This document shows, piece by piece, positions 1-13,000 of a DNA stretch of 64,000 bases; within the stretch, counting starts at the first letter, position 1; each line of letters opens with the position of its first letter. The stretch covers positions 39,122,001 to 39,186,000 of the forward strand of contig OX597824.1 in assembly GCA_951406725.2 (NCBI GenBank), read 5' to 3'. The translations under genes were made by a program, and so were the position numbers. The stretch is from Octopus vulgaris (lineage: Eukaryota). The notes beneath the pieces were generated by a model that saw only the letters and a list, made by a program, of their open reading frames with translations, had not been told where the DNA came from and searched no databases.

Positions 1-141
1 ATAATAATGGTAATATATACTAGTATTGATAGGGGTAAATTTCGCAATGAATTATTAATTCCGTAAAGTTTATATAGATAGGCGGTTTAATTTGACGTGG
101 TTATAAAATAGTCGATGAGGGTTTCTTTATGTTATGCTTAG

Positions 142-188
<47 letters not shown>

Positions 189-401
189 GTTTTTAGGTGT
201 TTAATTTTATAAAATTTTTATCAATTTTTAAAATTTTTTAATTTTTTAATTTTAAAAATCTTTTAAATTTTGTAAAAATATATTAGGAAATTATATATAT
301 AAATAGATATTCTTATTTTTATTATTTTTAATGAAGATATCTTAGAATTTGTATGATTAAGTAGGATCCATTAATAATAATAATATAATAATATAAAGAA
401 A

Positions 402-493
402 AATAGCCTGAGGACGCACTGGTGGATTTATGTATTAAGTATACCTAATAGACTGGTAAAACAAACCACCAGCGTAGAAACACGTGTAGCGTT
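402..493 (+). ncRNA. Type I hammerhead ribozyme motif with long stem II (PLE-type)
   Basis: CTGAGGA (408-414), stem II CTGGTGG/CCACCAG, GAAAC-ACGT-GTA (477-488) with palindromic stem III; stem I weak (aatagc/gcgtt). Confidence 0.6.
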
Positions 494-740
494 CATTAAT
501 ATTATCTTCTTTCCCCACAGACTAATAACAGGTAAGGTATATATATATTTTTTAATGTTTATATAACTTTTAATTAATTCTAATGTACTTTATTTTATTG
601 TACGATATAGTAGGATTTAAAATGATTATATTATTAGATTAGTATTTTGGATATAACTTTCTATGTGTACTCCAGAAAATGAGGTTGTCCTGAATTTGAA
701 GTTGTGGTCCTATTGGTAAAATCCTAAATTTGTAATAATA

Positions 741-759
741 ATATATATAAATAAATACA

Positions 760-833
<74 letters not shown>

Positions 834-844
834 TATATATATAT
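741..844. repeat. (TA)n/(CA)n microsatellite
   Basis: Direct reading; representative of dozens of such tracts in the window. Confidence 0.95.
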
Positions 845-1323
845 TGAAGAAACGGGAATCAAGAAGGAGTACGGTTGGAACATTTATCTATTATTCGTTA
901 CAATTGTTTCGACGCAACGTAGTTCTCCAAGAACTCAGGTATTTGATTATGCAACTGTTTATTTGCATAATGCGATCTAGTTTGTTTCCTCAGGTAATAT
1001 ACGAGTGTTGTCTCCGTTAGTTTATGATCGTCGACTTCTGGACCATCTCCTCTGTTCGTCCTGGTTTGAATTTAGTAGCGGCTGATAGATCCGCTTTAGT
1101 AGACGCTAATATATTCAAACCACGATGGACAGAGGAGATGGCCTTGAAGTCGACGATTTCAAAGTAACAGAGACAACACGCGTATATCGTCTGAGAAAAC
1201 ACAACTAGGTCTCATTATGCAAACAAACAGTTGCATAATCAAATACTTGTATTCTTGGAGAACTACGTTGCGTCAAATTGTAGCGAATAATAAATAAATG
1301 TCTAACCTTATCTCTTCTTCAAT
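843..1323. repeat. Imperfect ~480-bp palindrome with decayed hammerhead motifs in both arms
   Basis: Arms are reverse complements around ~1090 (e.g. atcgtcgacttc..tggtttgaat vs attcaaacca..gaagtcgacgat); minus strand has CTGAGGA (993-987) ... GAAAC-AATT-GTA (910-899). Confidence 0.8.
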
Positions 1324-2297
1324 TTTTATATTCACACATGATGAATGCCCAAATTTAAACTAGGAAATATGTAATAATACTACCGATAGTACTGCGTAAT
1401 TCTGAAGATGGATGAGGTTTATACTGTACTTTACCACATTCCTAACGGAATATAACGTAACTATATATATATATAATGTGTGTGTGAGTGTCGTTGAATT
1501 CGGGTTGGAGTGTATCGTATCATTTATATACATAGAGCAAAATTAGAAATTACGCAATCCACACTTGCTACCAATGTGTAATTATTAAACCTAATGTTGC
1601 TGAGGAGAACATGTGGTAGTAGAAATAGGTACCAGAGTAATGACTTGAGCTTGTAGTGATTAGCTGATGGAGGGAAGCTGTATGATTGTCCGGAAAAATA
1701 TAAAGATAAATTACAAGCTTTACAAAGGTCAGATTAGAGTGAAACACATGTGTGAAATAGACGTGGGTATCTTCTTAGCGAAAATTTTATTGTTTCTTCC
1801 TAATTCTTGATTTTTCTATTATGTGCCCTAGTGTCACCTCGTAACCATTCATCTATACTACGCCTACACAACGCAATACACATACACAACACAACACACA
1901 CACATACACACACACATGCATACACATACATAATACATAATGCAGTGTAATATAACACTATATATATGTACATGAGCTTGCGCGCGTGTGTAAGAGGAAT
2001 GGCGACAATGATACATACGACGCTCAAAAGAGAGAAAAGAATAAAACATGGAAATGCCTAATAACGACCGGTATCAAGTGATCAAAGTTAACCAAAATAA
2101 ATATAACATATATAGAATGTCCATAAGTTCAACAAGATATAAAAACATACTGAAATTCATATGAACTTACAGTTAAATAAATTTGACACTATCATTTGAA
2201 AAATATTTATCGTAGATCTATGTCGGTGTTTAGACCGCGGTTGTGTAACAAAAGTTTCGACGTATCATGCAGTAGATATATTAGGCGCACCAAAAAG

Positions 2298-2560
2298 TTA
2301 TGCCATATTTTCAAGCGAGTAGCCTGACGTCATACTAGAAGAGAATCTAGTCCAAAGTATCGGGGATTTATCCCGGAGGCCAAATAAACTATCAGCCGCA
2401 GAGCAAGGTGACTTCAAGCAGATGGAGAAAGTGTTTACAGAAGACAAGTGTGGGAGACATCGTGCAACATAATAATGATAAGCCATATTCAGTGAAGATA
2501 ACCTTAGGAAAGGGAAATTCATTAGGTTGGAGATCTCTTGAACACCCTTCTTACTCTTAG
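2298..2560 (-). pseudogene. Possible decayed Penelope-like RT C-terminal (thumb) fragment
   Basis: NFPFL...MAY..Y resembles the NFPFL.SNIP...AYGVY motif of some PLE RTs; very degenerate. Confidence 0.3.
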
Positions 2561-2988
2561 AACTAACGCCATTAAATTTTTACTAATTCAGGTCACTTTA
2601 ATAGTGGAAAAAAAAGAAAAATATTCGGAAGCAAGAATGATGTCGAAATGATATTCCAAACATCTTTCTCTTCTAAAGAACTTTTTTTCTTTTTTTGGCC
2701 GCGGAATCAGAAAACACGTTTCAAGGCGGCAAAATATATTTGCTTTGCTAACGATGGCAATTACATCCTGAATGAATAAATATGATCACGATATATTCCA
2801 TGCTGATTTGAACTGATTACATGAAGTGTTACATAAATTCCGTCGCCGTCGATTTTGTCTTCCATTCCTTCAGAATCGATAAAATAAGTATGAGTCGAGC
2901 ATTAGGATTGATGCATTTGACTTACACCTACCTTCTAAATTGCTGGCATTGTGTCAAAATTTGAAACTAATATTCTCTACATGTAAGG

Positions 2989-3173
2989 AGATCAGCTGGT
3001 AGAATCGTTAGCACGCCGGGCAAAATGCTTCGCGGCATTTCGTCCGTCTTTACGTTGAGCTCACATTCTGCCGAGGTCGACTTTGCCTTTCGGCGTCGAT
3101 AAAGTAAGTACTAATTGAGTGCTTACCCCCTGCCTCGTAATTGTTGGCCGTGTGGCAATATTTGAAACCAATA
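2989..3173 (+). mobile_element. SINE family A (tRNA-derived, gagctggcagaatcgttagcacgccgggc head)
   Basis: Multi-copy within the window (14679, 24688, 30500, 38408); A-box-like head and gccgaggtcgactttgcctt core; a partial 3' copy lies at ~2845-2975. Confidence 0.8.
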
Positions 3174-3688
3174 GTCTCTAGGTGTGTCGTATAGTTAAGC
3201 CAAATCCGATTACTTTTACAGAACTATTGTATTTTTGTATATTAGGAAGGGCCTTATTATTTATACTATATTTTAGAAAATTCGCAAACTTCGTATAATG
3301 CAATAAATTAAATTTTACTGCTACGTTGTTGCCATGGAGACGTTATTATATTAGACTAGACGAAGGACAAGATGTTTAAAACAGTGTATAAAGCAAAGGA
3401 GAGACAAAGGGTTAGAGAACATCTGTAAGATTTAATAGCAATACGCAAAAACAAATATTTCCAGTTTTATACAATTTATTCACAAATATTTTTCAATTTT
3501 CTATAATCATTGTTCTTACTTATGGCATAAAAATTATTCAGATAAGATTAATATTTTACGAGTTTCCAATGATTATATCGACACATGTTGCCGTGTTGTC
3601 TAAAGTCACGTGAATTTATATGTTGTTGATATTTTGCACATATTTTATACATACATACATACATACATACATACATAAAATTCTACAT

Positions 3689-3800
3689 CAGTGAAGATGT
3701 TGACAGGCTGTACTTCCCACGTATGGAAGCTTAAAGAGACAGCAGTCATTTGAGCGGGAGCAATCAATGTGCATGAATGTATATACGCAACTTCATATGC
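3689..3800 (+). pseudogene. Short R4/Dong-like LINE RT fragment
   Basis: Translates SEDVDRLYFPRME*, resembling the DVDRLY.PR..GGRG motif. Confidence 0.4.
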
Positions 3801-4942
3801 ACATATGTGATTCAGCAAAGTTTTGGTGTAACAAACATTGCTCATTCGACATTAACTATTCCGAAACTCTGACAAATGATATATATGCAAGAGACCACGA
3901 AGTGTGATCGAAAGTGGGATCATGCGGTCATGTCACCACATAACCTCCTTAATACACGCCTGGCCGTTATGCTTTGCTCCAGTCTACGTTTAGCCAGACT
4001 GGAGCATTTACCTTTCCGTTTCCTGTTGAAAAGACGCATTCCACTGGTCAGACGTTCCATCTGTTACCAGCGCCCTCTGGAGTGAGAGCTAGTCATGCCA
4101 TGGCTGCTGATGCGTAGCCACGTACTGCAGCTACGCCGATTAGAAATCTTCCTCGATGCCGAGCTGGTGTGGTCCCTATTTCTAAGACACATTTCCGCAC
4201 AATTAATCAACTGATAAATTAATTAACTGGTTAAATAGTTAACTCTTGTCTTGTCTTGTAACAATAGTCACTTGAGAGGGGTTATGCCGGCTCTTATTGA
4301 GTTCACCGTGGTTGTGAGTTCATGGGAGTTTCAAGGGATGATCAAAGTCCACGAAAACTGTTCCCGCCTGCATTATAAGCCACCGTCTACGACCGGTGGG
4401 AGAAAGCCCTCGTGTTACGCCTTCCCGTCGTAGGATGCCCAAAGACGCGAACCCACACCACCGGATTCCGGAAAAGATGCCGCCAGGACTTCCCCATCGC
4501 CCTCCAGTTAGCCGGGTTGCGGCCTTAGCACCGCCGCTGTCAGACCTGTCCACTTTGGGTGGATCTATCAGGGATTCGAGGTCCCCGATGGCATAGCTCT
4601 GAAACTCGCTCGTTTAACCTTCCCACCATGATGAGATCAAGAGTCGTACCTTGAGAAAGGAAACTAATTTACAAATAAATAAAAACTAAAACAAATACAA
4701 CCAGGTCGTGTGTTTTACTATTGGTATAATGACTCTCTCGACATAATATATTTCGACACACGACTTCATATCAAGTCTTGCGAGAATTCAACATGAAAAA
4801 TATCGAATTCTATTACTGGCATAATTCTACAATTTTATGTGAGGGCCACTCAATTAAATAATTTCAGTTTTAGATTGACTTTTATTATACACGCTCGTAC
4901 ATATATTTGAATCAGTCTTCAGGATGATATTCAAGAACTATA

Positions 4943-4981
<39 letters not shown>

Positions 4982-4983
4982 CA

Positions 4984-5015
<32 letters not shown>

Positions 5016-5189
5016 CACACACACATATATACACGCGCACACACAAACACACTCACGGAGGCATAACAGAAGTAAATAGATACCATATAAAACATCGTTT
5101 TATGTTTATTCTAACTTGTAAAGGTTTGTATTTTTTATTAATTGACATTTTTTATGTTTCAGACTTTATATATGACTGTTTAATCATAC

Positions 5190-6096
5190 CATATACATAA
5201 GAAGCCTTGGAAGTCTGAATTTCAAAGAGGCTATACTGTGGGTTAATCTGATGGTGGACATAGCGTGAAATTGCAGAAAACCTTTGGATTCTGCTTTCTA
5301 AAGTTAATAGAGTGATTGAGCAATTCACCAGAGAGGGAAGAAGTCTGCATCACCTCCCCTAGGCCCTCTGATAGGAGGATAATCCTCTTCGCAAGGCCTC
5401 TGACGTAGAATAAGCTGGTATCCGTCCCAGTACATCTGTCAGTTATCTCTACAAACTTGGTTACTATGGCAGAGCCACAAGAAAGAAAGCACTTCTTTGA
5501 CCAGCCAAAATCAAGCGGAGAAAAGATTGGGTCAGTGAGATGTTGGAGAGGACACTAGCATTTTGGGACACTGACACATTCTCCAATGAGTCCCATATTT
5601 GCCGCATTTTTGACAGTGGGTCGAGTGTGGATCTGGAAACTCTGTGATCAAGTATTTCATGTGAAAACATTGGCAGCTATTCTGTGATGGTCTGGAGAGC
5701 AATTTGGAGCAATGGGTGATCAGAGCTGGTGCAGTGTGAGAGAAACATAAACTCAGGTAAATATATGTCCATATTGCAGAAAGGACTCCTTCCAATCTTC
5801 TCCAGTGGTGAAATGATTAAAGAAGACCATTTATGGAAGATGGTGTACCTTGTCAAACGGCTAAAATGACCCAAGATTTAATTGGAAGAGAATGACATTA
5901 AAAAGCTTCCATGGTCAAGCCATTCACCAGATATGAACCCTATTGAATACCCCTCGAGCATAATGGATAGGACACTCCATAAAAAGAACAAGAAAGTATG
6001 ATCAAAGCCAGATCTTCTGAGATTACTGCATGAAACTTCGCAAGAAATTCCGTAAGATAATATTCGTCATCTGATCAGTAACATGTCTAATAGGGT
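5190..6096 (+). pseudogene. Decayed Tc1-family transposase
   Basis: Frameshifted translation: GYYGRATRKKALL, KRRKDW, W..TFSNES, VMVW.AI, EDG.PC, WSSHSPDMNPIE, LISNMSNR. Confidence 0.85.
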
Positions 6097-6258
6097 CTAC
6101 TAAAGATTAAATATTCACATCATAACAATTAATAAATAATTTGAATGTATAATTTCAGATTTAAATAAATTTTTATGATTATAAGTGTGTCTATTTACAT
6201 CTGTCATGTGTATGTATATATATGTATATATATATATACACACACATATATATATATA

Positions 6259-6314
<56 letters not shown>

Positions 6315-6758
6315 ATATATATATATACATATACTCATGTTTATATATATTTGGAAATGGTTGCGTAGCGTTCAAGCAAATAATAATATAAATAATATAT
6401 ATATGCATATATATTATTTATATTATCATATATGTATATATATGTATGTATATATTATGTATATATGTATGCATGTATGTATGCATGCATGCATGTATGT
6501 ATGTATGTATGTATGCATGTATGTATGTATGTGTATGTATGTACATGTGTGGATTCATATATACATAATTATGAGTGTGTGTGCGAATTACAATAGAAGA
6601 ATCTATGTAATGTAAACATTATTAATACCGCATACTTAACGTGAGTTGTTTAAACACCAGAAGTTGCAGGTTTTGTCTGGAAAAATCCCTTGGAAGACAT
6701 AGAGCATTAAAAGCAACATACCAAACGAAACGAAATCGATCCAAAAGGGATTATGAGA

Positions 6759-6804
6759 GCGGCATACACCCTATTTCACCGGATTTGCGGGTCATCAGTA
6801 CTAC
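6759..6804 (-). ncRNA. Partly decayed type I hammerhead motif
   Basis: gtagta-CTGATGA-cccg caaat ccggt-GAAA-TA GGG TG-TA-tgccgc. Confidence 0.55.
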
Positions 6805-7287
6805 ATGCATAAGTTCTGATTTGTTTAACTGAAGTATATACAGATAGTGCGTATACTACTTTTTGGACTTGGAATGACTTCGTATAAGTAGAATAAATTA
6901 TGCAGTAGAACAAAAACTGCATTTTCTGGCGTTGAAACAACGCATGAACGTTAATTATATAGTTTTAAGTTTTACATTATAAAATTACTTCTCTTACTTT
7001 ATTTAAATTTATTTTACTTATGCGGGTCTATTGTAGTTCAGGAAATAGTGTGTACACTATCAGCATATATTTCAGATTAGAGATTCAGATTTCGTCTCAG
7101 GATCTAGTAGTAGAAAAGTATATTGTGACAGTTACAGAATATAGAAAGAAAGGTAAAACCAATAGCTATATAATCCAACCAAAATATCTGTTACACAAAC
7201 GTAGACAGAATTGCTATTTAGCCTTAAAATACATTGTACATAACTCTCTTGGTTTAGTGGCACGGGACGTTTTTCTCGTAGTCTTTT

Positions 7288-7480
7288 ATTCTTTTACTTG
7301 TTTCAGTCATTTGACGGTGGTCATGCTGAAGCAACACCCTTTAGAAATTGACCCCTGGACTTATTCCCTGTAAGCCTGGTGCATATTCTATCAGTCTCTT
7401 CTACTTGCGTCCCTGTTTGCTATGTTACAGGGACGCAAACACATCAATATCGTTTGTCAAGCAATGGGTAGAAAACATAA
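7288..7480 (+). mobile_element. Interspersed repeat/SINE family D (tcttttacttgtttcagtcatttgac...)
   Basis: Related, internally deleted copy at 56598-56735. Confidence 0.6.
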
Positions 7481-7959
7481 AACAAGTGTGTGTGTGTGTG
7501 GTTGGGCCTTTAATAGCCAGAAGTCAATTTCAGTTCAATCGTAGAAAGGAATTCAAAGGAATTCAGCGACTCCCTCTCACTGTCTCTCTCTTTCGTTCTC
7601 TCCCTTTCTCGACACGCGTCAAATTTAAGTATCTTAATTTTCCCATTACGACAGTTGTTGCTTCGGTGGAGCAGTAGGCATGAGTGTTGAGATGTAGTAA
7701 TACAACACATAGGCAGTGGTTTCAAGTCTCTTCCAGAAATTCCAAAACAACTAATTAAAAATTTTATGTAAGCAACAAAATTTCTTTCAACAATTCCTTT
7801 CTCTTAAGCGTGACACACACATCAGGTACTTACAAAAAACAAACTGGCGTATTAATATTATTGATGATATATATAAATATATGTTATATAAATATATATA
7901 TATTCCATCATCCTTTGTACATGTACCTTAATCCTCTAGTGTGGACTGTTTTTAAACTC

Positions 7960-8142
7960 CAGATTAAAATACAAGAATACAGAAAAATAGGATAAAACGA
8001 GCACATCGATATTTGCGCCACTAACGAACAACCCAACTTTAGAATTTTTTCCTGTATAAACTCAGGGACAATCTAATCTATAATCAGCGCTTTAGCAAAG
8101 AACCATATTTTATCGCAAAATATAAACCTATTTTGAACGCTT
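7960..8142 (+). pseudogene. Penelope-like GIY-YIG endonuclease C-terminal fragment
   Basis: QIK..EYRKIG*NEHIDICA....FRIFP/YKL......R..KE.YFIAKYKPILN; homologous to 16618-16719. Confidence 0.7.
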
Positions 8143-8339
8143 CCACCACAGATGAAACTACTACAAGAATTTAGAACAATTCTAACCACTACTGCTACGA
8201 CCATAACAGGTCACTTTTAGGTCATTTGACCATTAAAGATGCTATGAACAATCTACGGTGTCACAGCAGTCTTGTATTTTTCTTTTCTTTTCTTTCCTTT
8301 CCTTTTCTTTCTCGTTTTCTTTCCCTACCACTTCTCTTC

Positions 8340-8460
8340 CTCCTCCTTTGTCTTCTTCTTCCTCTTCTTTTTTCTTCTTCTTCTTCTTCTTCTTCTTCTT
8401 CTTCTTCTTCTTTTTCTTCTTCTTCTTCTTCTTCTTCTTCTTCTTCTCCTCCTCCTCCTT
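8340..8460. repeat. (CTT)n microsatellite
   Basis: Direct reading. Confidence 0.95.
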
Positions 8461-8786
8461 TGGCTGCTCCTGCTTAAACCATCAATTGTCTGTACTCATA
8501 AAACTATTCCCTCAGATTTACTACTAATTACCTACCAACCTACCAAGCATTCACAAAGGAAGACAAGGGGAGACAAACAGACCAATTGAAGACGATGGAA
8601 ATATTTTCAAAACTTTTCATTGAATTTGTTTCTCCAATTTAATTGTTTTTTTTATTTAACTCTTAATTGAAAAAATCTAAAGGGCGGAAACCGGTACTAA
8701 AATGTACTTCATGATAACATTATTTTAACATTTCCTACCTTGTCTTATTTTTCTTATACATATCAATTCGAGTGTTACTTTTCTAC

Positions 8787-8823
<37 letters not shown>

Positions 8824-8826
<3 letters not shown>

Positions 8827-9070
8827 GGTCCCGGGTTGATTCGGGGTTAACCACAGTAAATAAGGTACTCAATACATAGCAGAGTAAAATTAATTTATTA
8901 TATAGAAGGAGCTTCTACAGGCTAGAACTGTTTCATTCAAGAGAAATCTTCAGGAAGCTAGTTAACAAGAATTGTATTGGCATTTATACATTTAGGCAGG
9001 TTTAAAGGGGTGGTGGTGGGGGACTTTTTGGGGGTAGGCATAGCGCAAAAAAATCATACTTAGGGGAGTG
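8824..9070 (-). mobile_element. HHR-bearing non-coding element end (same family as arms of the 59103-63955 palindrome)
   Basis: Near-identical to the reverse complement of ~63710-63955, with the same terminus (gggacctac) abutting (TA)n. Confidence 0.85.
8910..8959 (-). ncRNA. Type I hammerhead ribozyme
   Basis: agcttc-CTGAAGA-tttc tctt gaat-GAAACAG ttctagc CTGTA-gaagct. Confidence 0.8.
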
Positions 9071-9178
9071 TTTTTATTCCCCTTTTTTTATTCTTTTATT
9101 TATTCTTCTACCATATATTCACGAGGCGATAATCGGTTAAATATTTGACAAGATAACGTTTGGTGTTTGTCCTTGACT

Positions 9179-9271
9179 TTTCTGCTGATGAGTGCAACGC
9201 CAGTGGTAAATAAATTTAATTTAATTTAATTTATTTACATAAGATTGCTGAAACTATGCATAGTCCAGAAA
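9179..9271 (+). ncRNA. Type I hammerhead ribozyme, GUC cleavage triplet
   Basis: tttctg-CTGATGA-long AT-rich stem II (gtaaataaatt/aatttatttac)-GAAAC TATGCATA GTC-cagaaa. Confidence 0.85.
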
Positions 9272-9481
9272 GGAAAGGGTTAAACGTTTTTATTTCTTTT
9301 TCCATTTCAGAATTAGTGGTTTGGAGTTTAGCTGCTCTTTCTAGTGAGTCGGATGTTCTATTATAGCCATCCCTTATATGTTTGAATGTATATTATATAG
9401 TCTATTGACTATTTTTCTCTTTCCCACTTGACCGCTGGTAGCGGAGAACTTTTCTAGAATTTTTTGCTACCCTAAAATTTA

Positions 9482-9549
<68 letters not shown>

Positions 9550-9757
9550 CAATAGGAGTACATATACACCAGCGAAAATTGGTGTGAATCAATTCGAATA
9601 TATTTGGATATGAAAATCCCCAAGTGGAATGAACTGTTAATAGCGTTTTAGCTATTCTAAATTAAAGATAAATAAGAAATCAGTTGTGACTTGATTAGTT
9701 TTAAATTAAAGACCAAACGTTATCTTGTCAAATATTTAACCGATTATCACAGCCACA

Positions 9758-9801
<44 letters not shown>

Positions 9802-10681
9802 TGCACACACACACATACTCTCTCTCCCTTTCTCTCTCACTACTTAAATGGTTAGCATCCTTCATTTTGTTCTTGCGTTTCTTCTCGTTCATATCCTTCT
9901 TATTGTCACCACCGTCATTGTCGTCGCCAGCATCACCATCAACACAAATTCCACCAGTAACATCATCATCATCACCACCACTACCACCACCACTACTGTC
10001 ACCGCCACCACCAGCACTACCGCGACACCCTACTAGGCTTCTGTAGACAAACCCGACTAATGAACTTTTGTTGAAATCATTTACGATAGTAGAAATTCAA
10101 CAAATTATTTCTGAGAAATATCTTGCTGCTTTAAAATAACTGATACAGTGGATACAACTGTCTACGTAATATTTTCTAATTAAAACACAAGGCAAGCAGT
10201 TTTAATGGAAGAGGGTTGGTATTGTCGATTCCAACTATCCAAATACTCAACTGTTAATTTATTTTATCGACAGCAAAAGAATTAAAGGCAACGGTGACCT
10301 CAGCGAGAATCGAACTAAGAATATGAACAATGGGTGCAAATACCACAAGGCTTTAAGCGAAATATTCTCAAATTATTGTTCTTTATTTGATGCAAGAGAG
10401 AACTTCGGTTGATTATATAAACTGTCAAAAGTTATCAGCTAAGTGCGTGCTTTCACAGGAATGACCCATGATCTCCAAATATACTATTCTATGTCTTTAA
10501 CATTAGTTTTTCATTTTGTATGCTAAGCAACTATGCTTGAAAAGAATATTAACCATTTACAAATATATTATAATTTTAAGGAAGAAAGTGGTTTATCTGC
10601 CGTTGACAGTCACCCAAAGCGTATTCAGCAATTCAACAATCCGAATACATACATACATATGCTTGTGTGTGTGTGTGTGCA

Positions 10682-10988
<307 letters not shown>

Positions 10989-11587
10989 ATGTATAATACA
11001 GAGAGAAAGAAAGAGAGAGTGAGAAAGTGTTTATAGCGTGTCTTTTACAGTACACGAAATGTAACTTTTGATTTAGTCATATGTTCTATTGCGCTAAATC
11101 TCGTGTAAAAATGTTATAAATGCATAATTTAAAACTACATTCTCCTATGTTTGTATCTGCGCGTGTTTGTATGGTTTTAGCGCGCACGTGTGTGTGTGCG
11201 TGCGTTCTCTGATAAAATATAGAATGTTTTGATAAATAGAATACATCTGCTATTAAATATTAACTCAGAATATTATTCTTAATGTTATCTGACGAATTTA
11301 CTCTGCCAAAAGCAAAATGCATTCAAGAAAGATAAATCTGTTTAATAATTGGTACAAAATTTGATTTGTCAATCACAACAATCTCAATAATTACAACTAT
11401 CAAATACGAATTAAACGTAAAAAATTAAAAAAAAGAAAAAGTGAGTATAAAACAAAAATAGTGATGTTCCACTAAACAAAGAAATCCATACAAATTAGAA
11501 ATAACTCTTGACAATCAACTGATAAAAGTATCTAAAACTTGATAATTAAATAAATTGCGAAACACACAATATACATACTTACAGACG

Positions 11588-11649
<62 letters not shown>

Positions 11650-11751
11650 CAGATAGATAGATAGATAGATAGGTAGGTAGATAGATAGATAGGTAGGTAG
11701 ATAGGTAGATAAATAGGAAGGTAGATAGGTAGATAGGTGGATAGATAGATA
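11588..11751. repeat. (GATA)n/(GGTA)n microsatellite
   Basis: Direct reading. Confidence 0.95.
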
Positions 11752-12839
11752 TGCACATATGTATGTACATATATACATAAGTAGGGCGCGTGTTTTCAAG
11801 AAATAACGAATTTGCCACTTATAAATTCCTTATTTACATTATCAAGCTAAGTAATTTCATGAGTTACCCAGTAACACTTGTAATACACAACATGGAATCC
11901 GGGTCAACACGGCAATTACACAATTCATTGCGCTCGAAACATATCAAATATTCTATTGTCTTGTTCGTGCAGTTAACTTTATTCTTGTTGATATGTGTTG
12001 GAAAATCGCGGACTTGATAGAATTTCTTTAGATCTGGTTTTTAGGTGTGGAAAGTTTTAGGCGAATTTTTTGTTGTTATTTTAACGTATTAAAAGTTTTT
12101 TTTGTTTTGTTTTACTTTAAAGGTTTGTTCTACAGTAAAGTACTGTTCTCATGGATTTCAAGAGAGTTGCGACCGTGGTGGTTAATATGTAAGTTGTTCG
12201 TTTTTCAGTTTTGTGTTTTAAGTTTTTTGTAACGCAGCGAATTAGTAGCTTTAAGAATAATCATGGGCTGCGGATGAATTTCAATGGACCGACATTCTGG
12301 AAAAGGGGTTGGCAACGAGATCACTTTTTAACCTTGTGGGTCTGTTTGGTTATCCAAGGAGTCGATAAACATCGGAAACAATTTCGAGCAACAGGGCTGT
12401 TGATATTATTCGTGAAATGAATCTAGAAGAGCACGATAAATTAAGTCTAAAACTCACTAATTTCCTGCCAAATATCAATGCAATAATTGGTAATCGCCAA
12501 ACATGTCTTCTTAAATATTCCAACTATATCAATTTTATTGTTATTTATCGATTTCGTTAAGTATTTTCATTAGATTTTATTTTAAAGTGCAATAATTTCA
12601 GAACAGAACGAAAGAATTATTTTGAAATAAAGAACATTTTTACTAATTATACCTTTTAATTTTATTTTTGAAATTAACAACATGGAGGTCGATAAGTTAT
12701 TCCACGAAGAGGTCAATGATATAACAAGTGTGCTGAACCCCCACCGTTCTAGAAAGAAAATGCGACGGACGCTTGAGTAGTGGTGGTTGTGGTAGTGTTA
12801 TGATGCATACAATATGAGTGATAAAAGAAGCAGAAAATA

Positions 12840-13000
12840 AGTTTAGGTAACTCCATCAGAATCCGAAGAGCAGAGACTATTGCAGTAGCAGTAGAAGAGT
12901 AACACCTCTGAGTCAGATGTTGGAGTATAGTGGTGAGTATCCTCAAACCAATGAGTGGGGTGTCTCGGATATTTATAAGCGTAAAAGTAGCATCATCCGA
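12840..13000 (-). pseudogene. Possible CR1/Jockey-like LINE RT C-terminal fragment
   Basis: LTTILQHLTQR then (frameshift) LLFYCYCNSLCSS, similar to the fragment at 42590-43250. Confidence 0.35.

Noticed and set aside
1598-1755. Hammerhead candidate CTGAGGA...GAAACACATGTG
   Set aside because: No convincing stem I or II, and the cleavage position would be G
11800-12480. Possible DNA transposon with TIRs
   Set aside because: Only a weak 7-8 nt end similarity and no transposase motif
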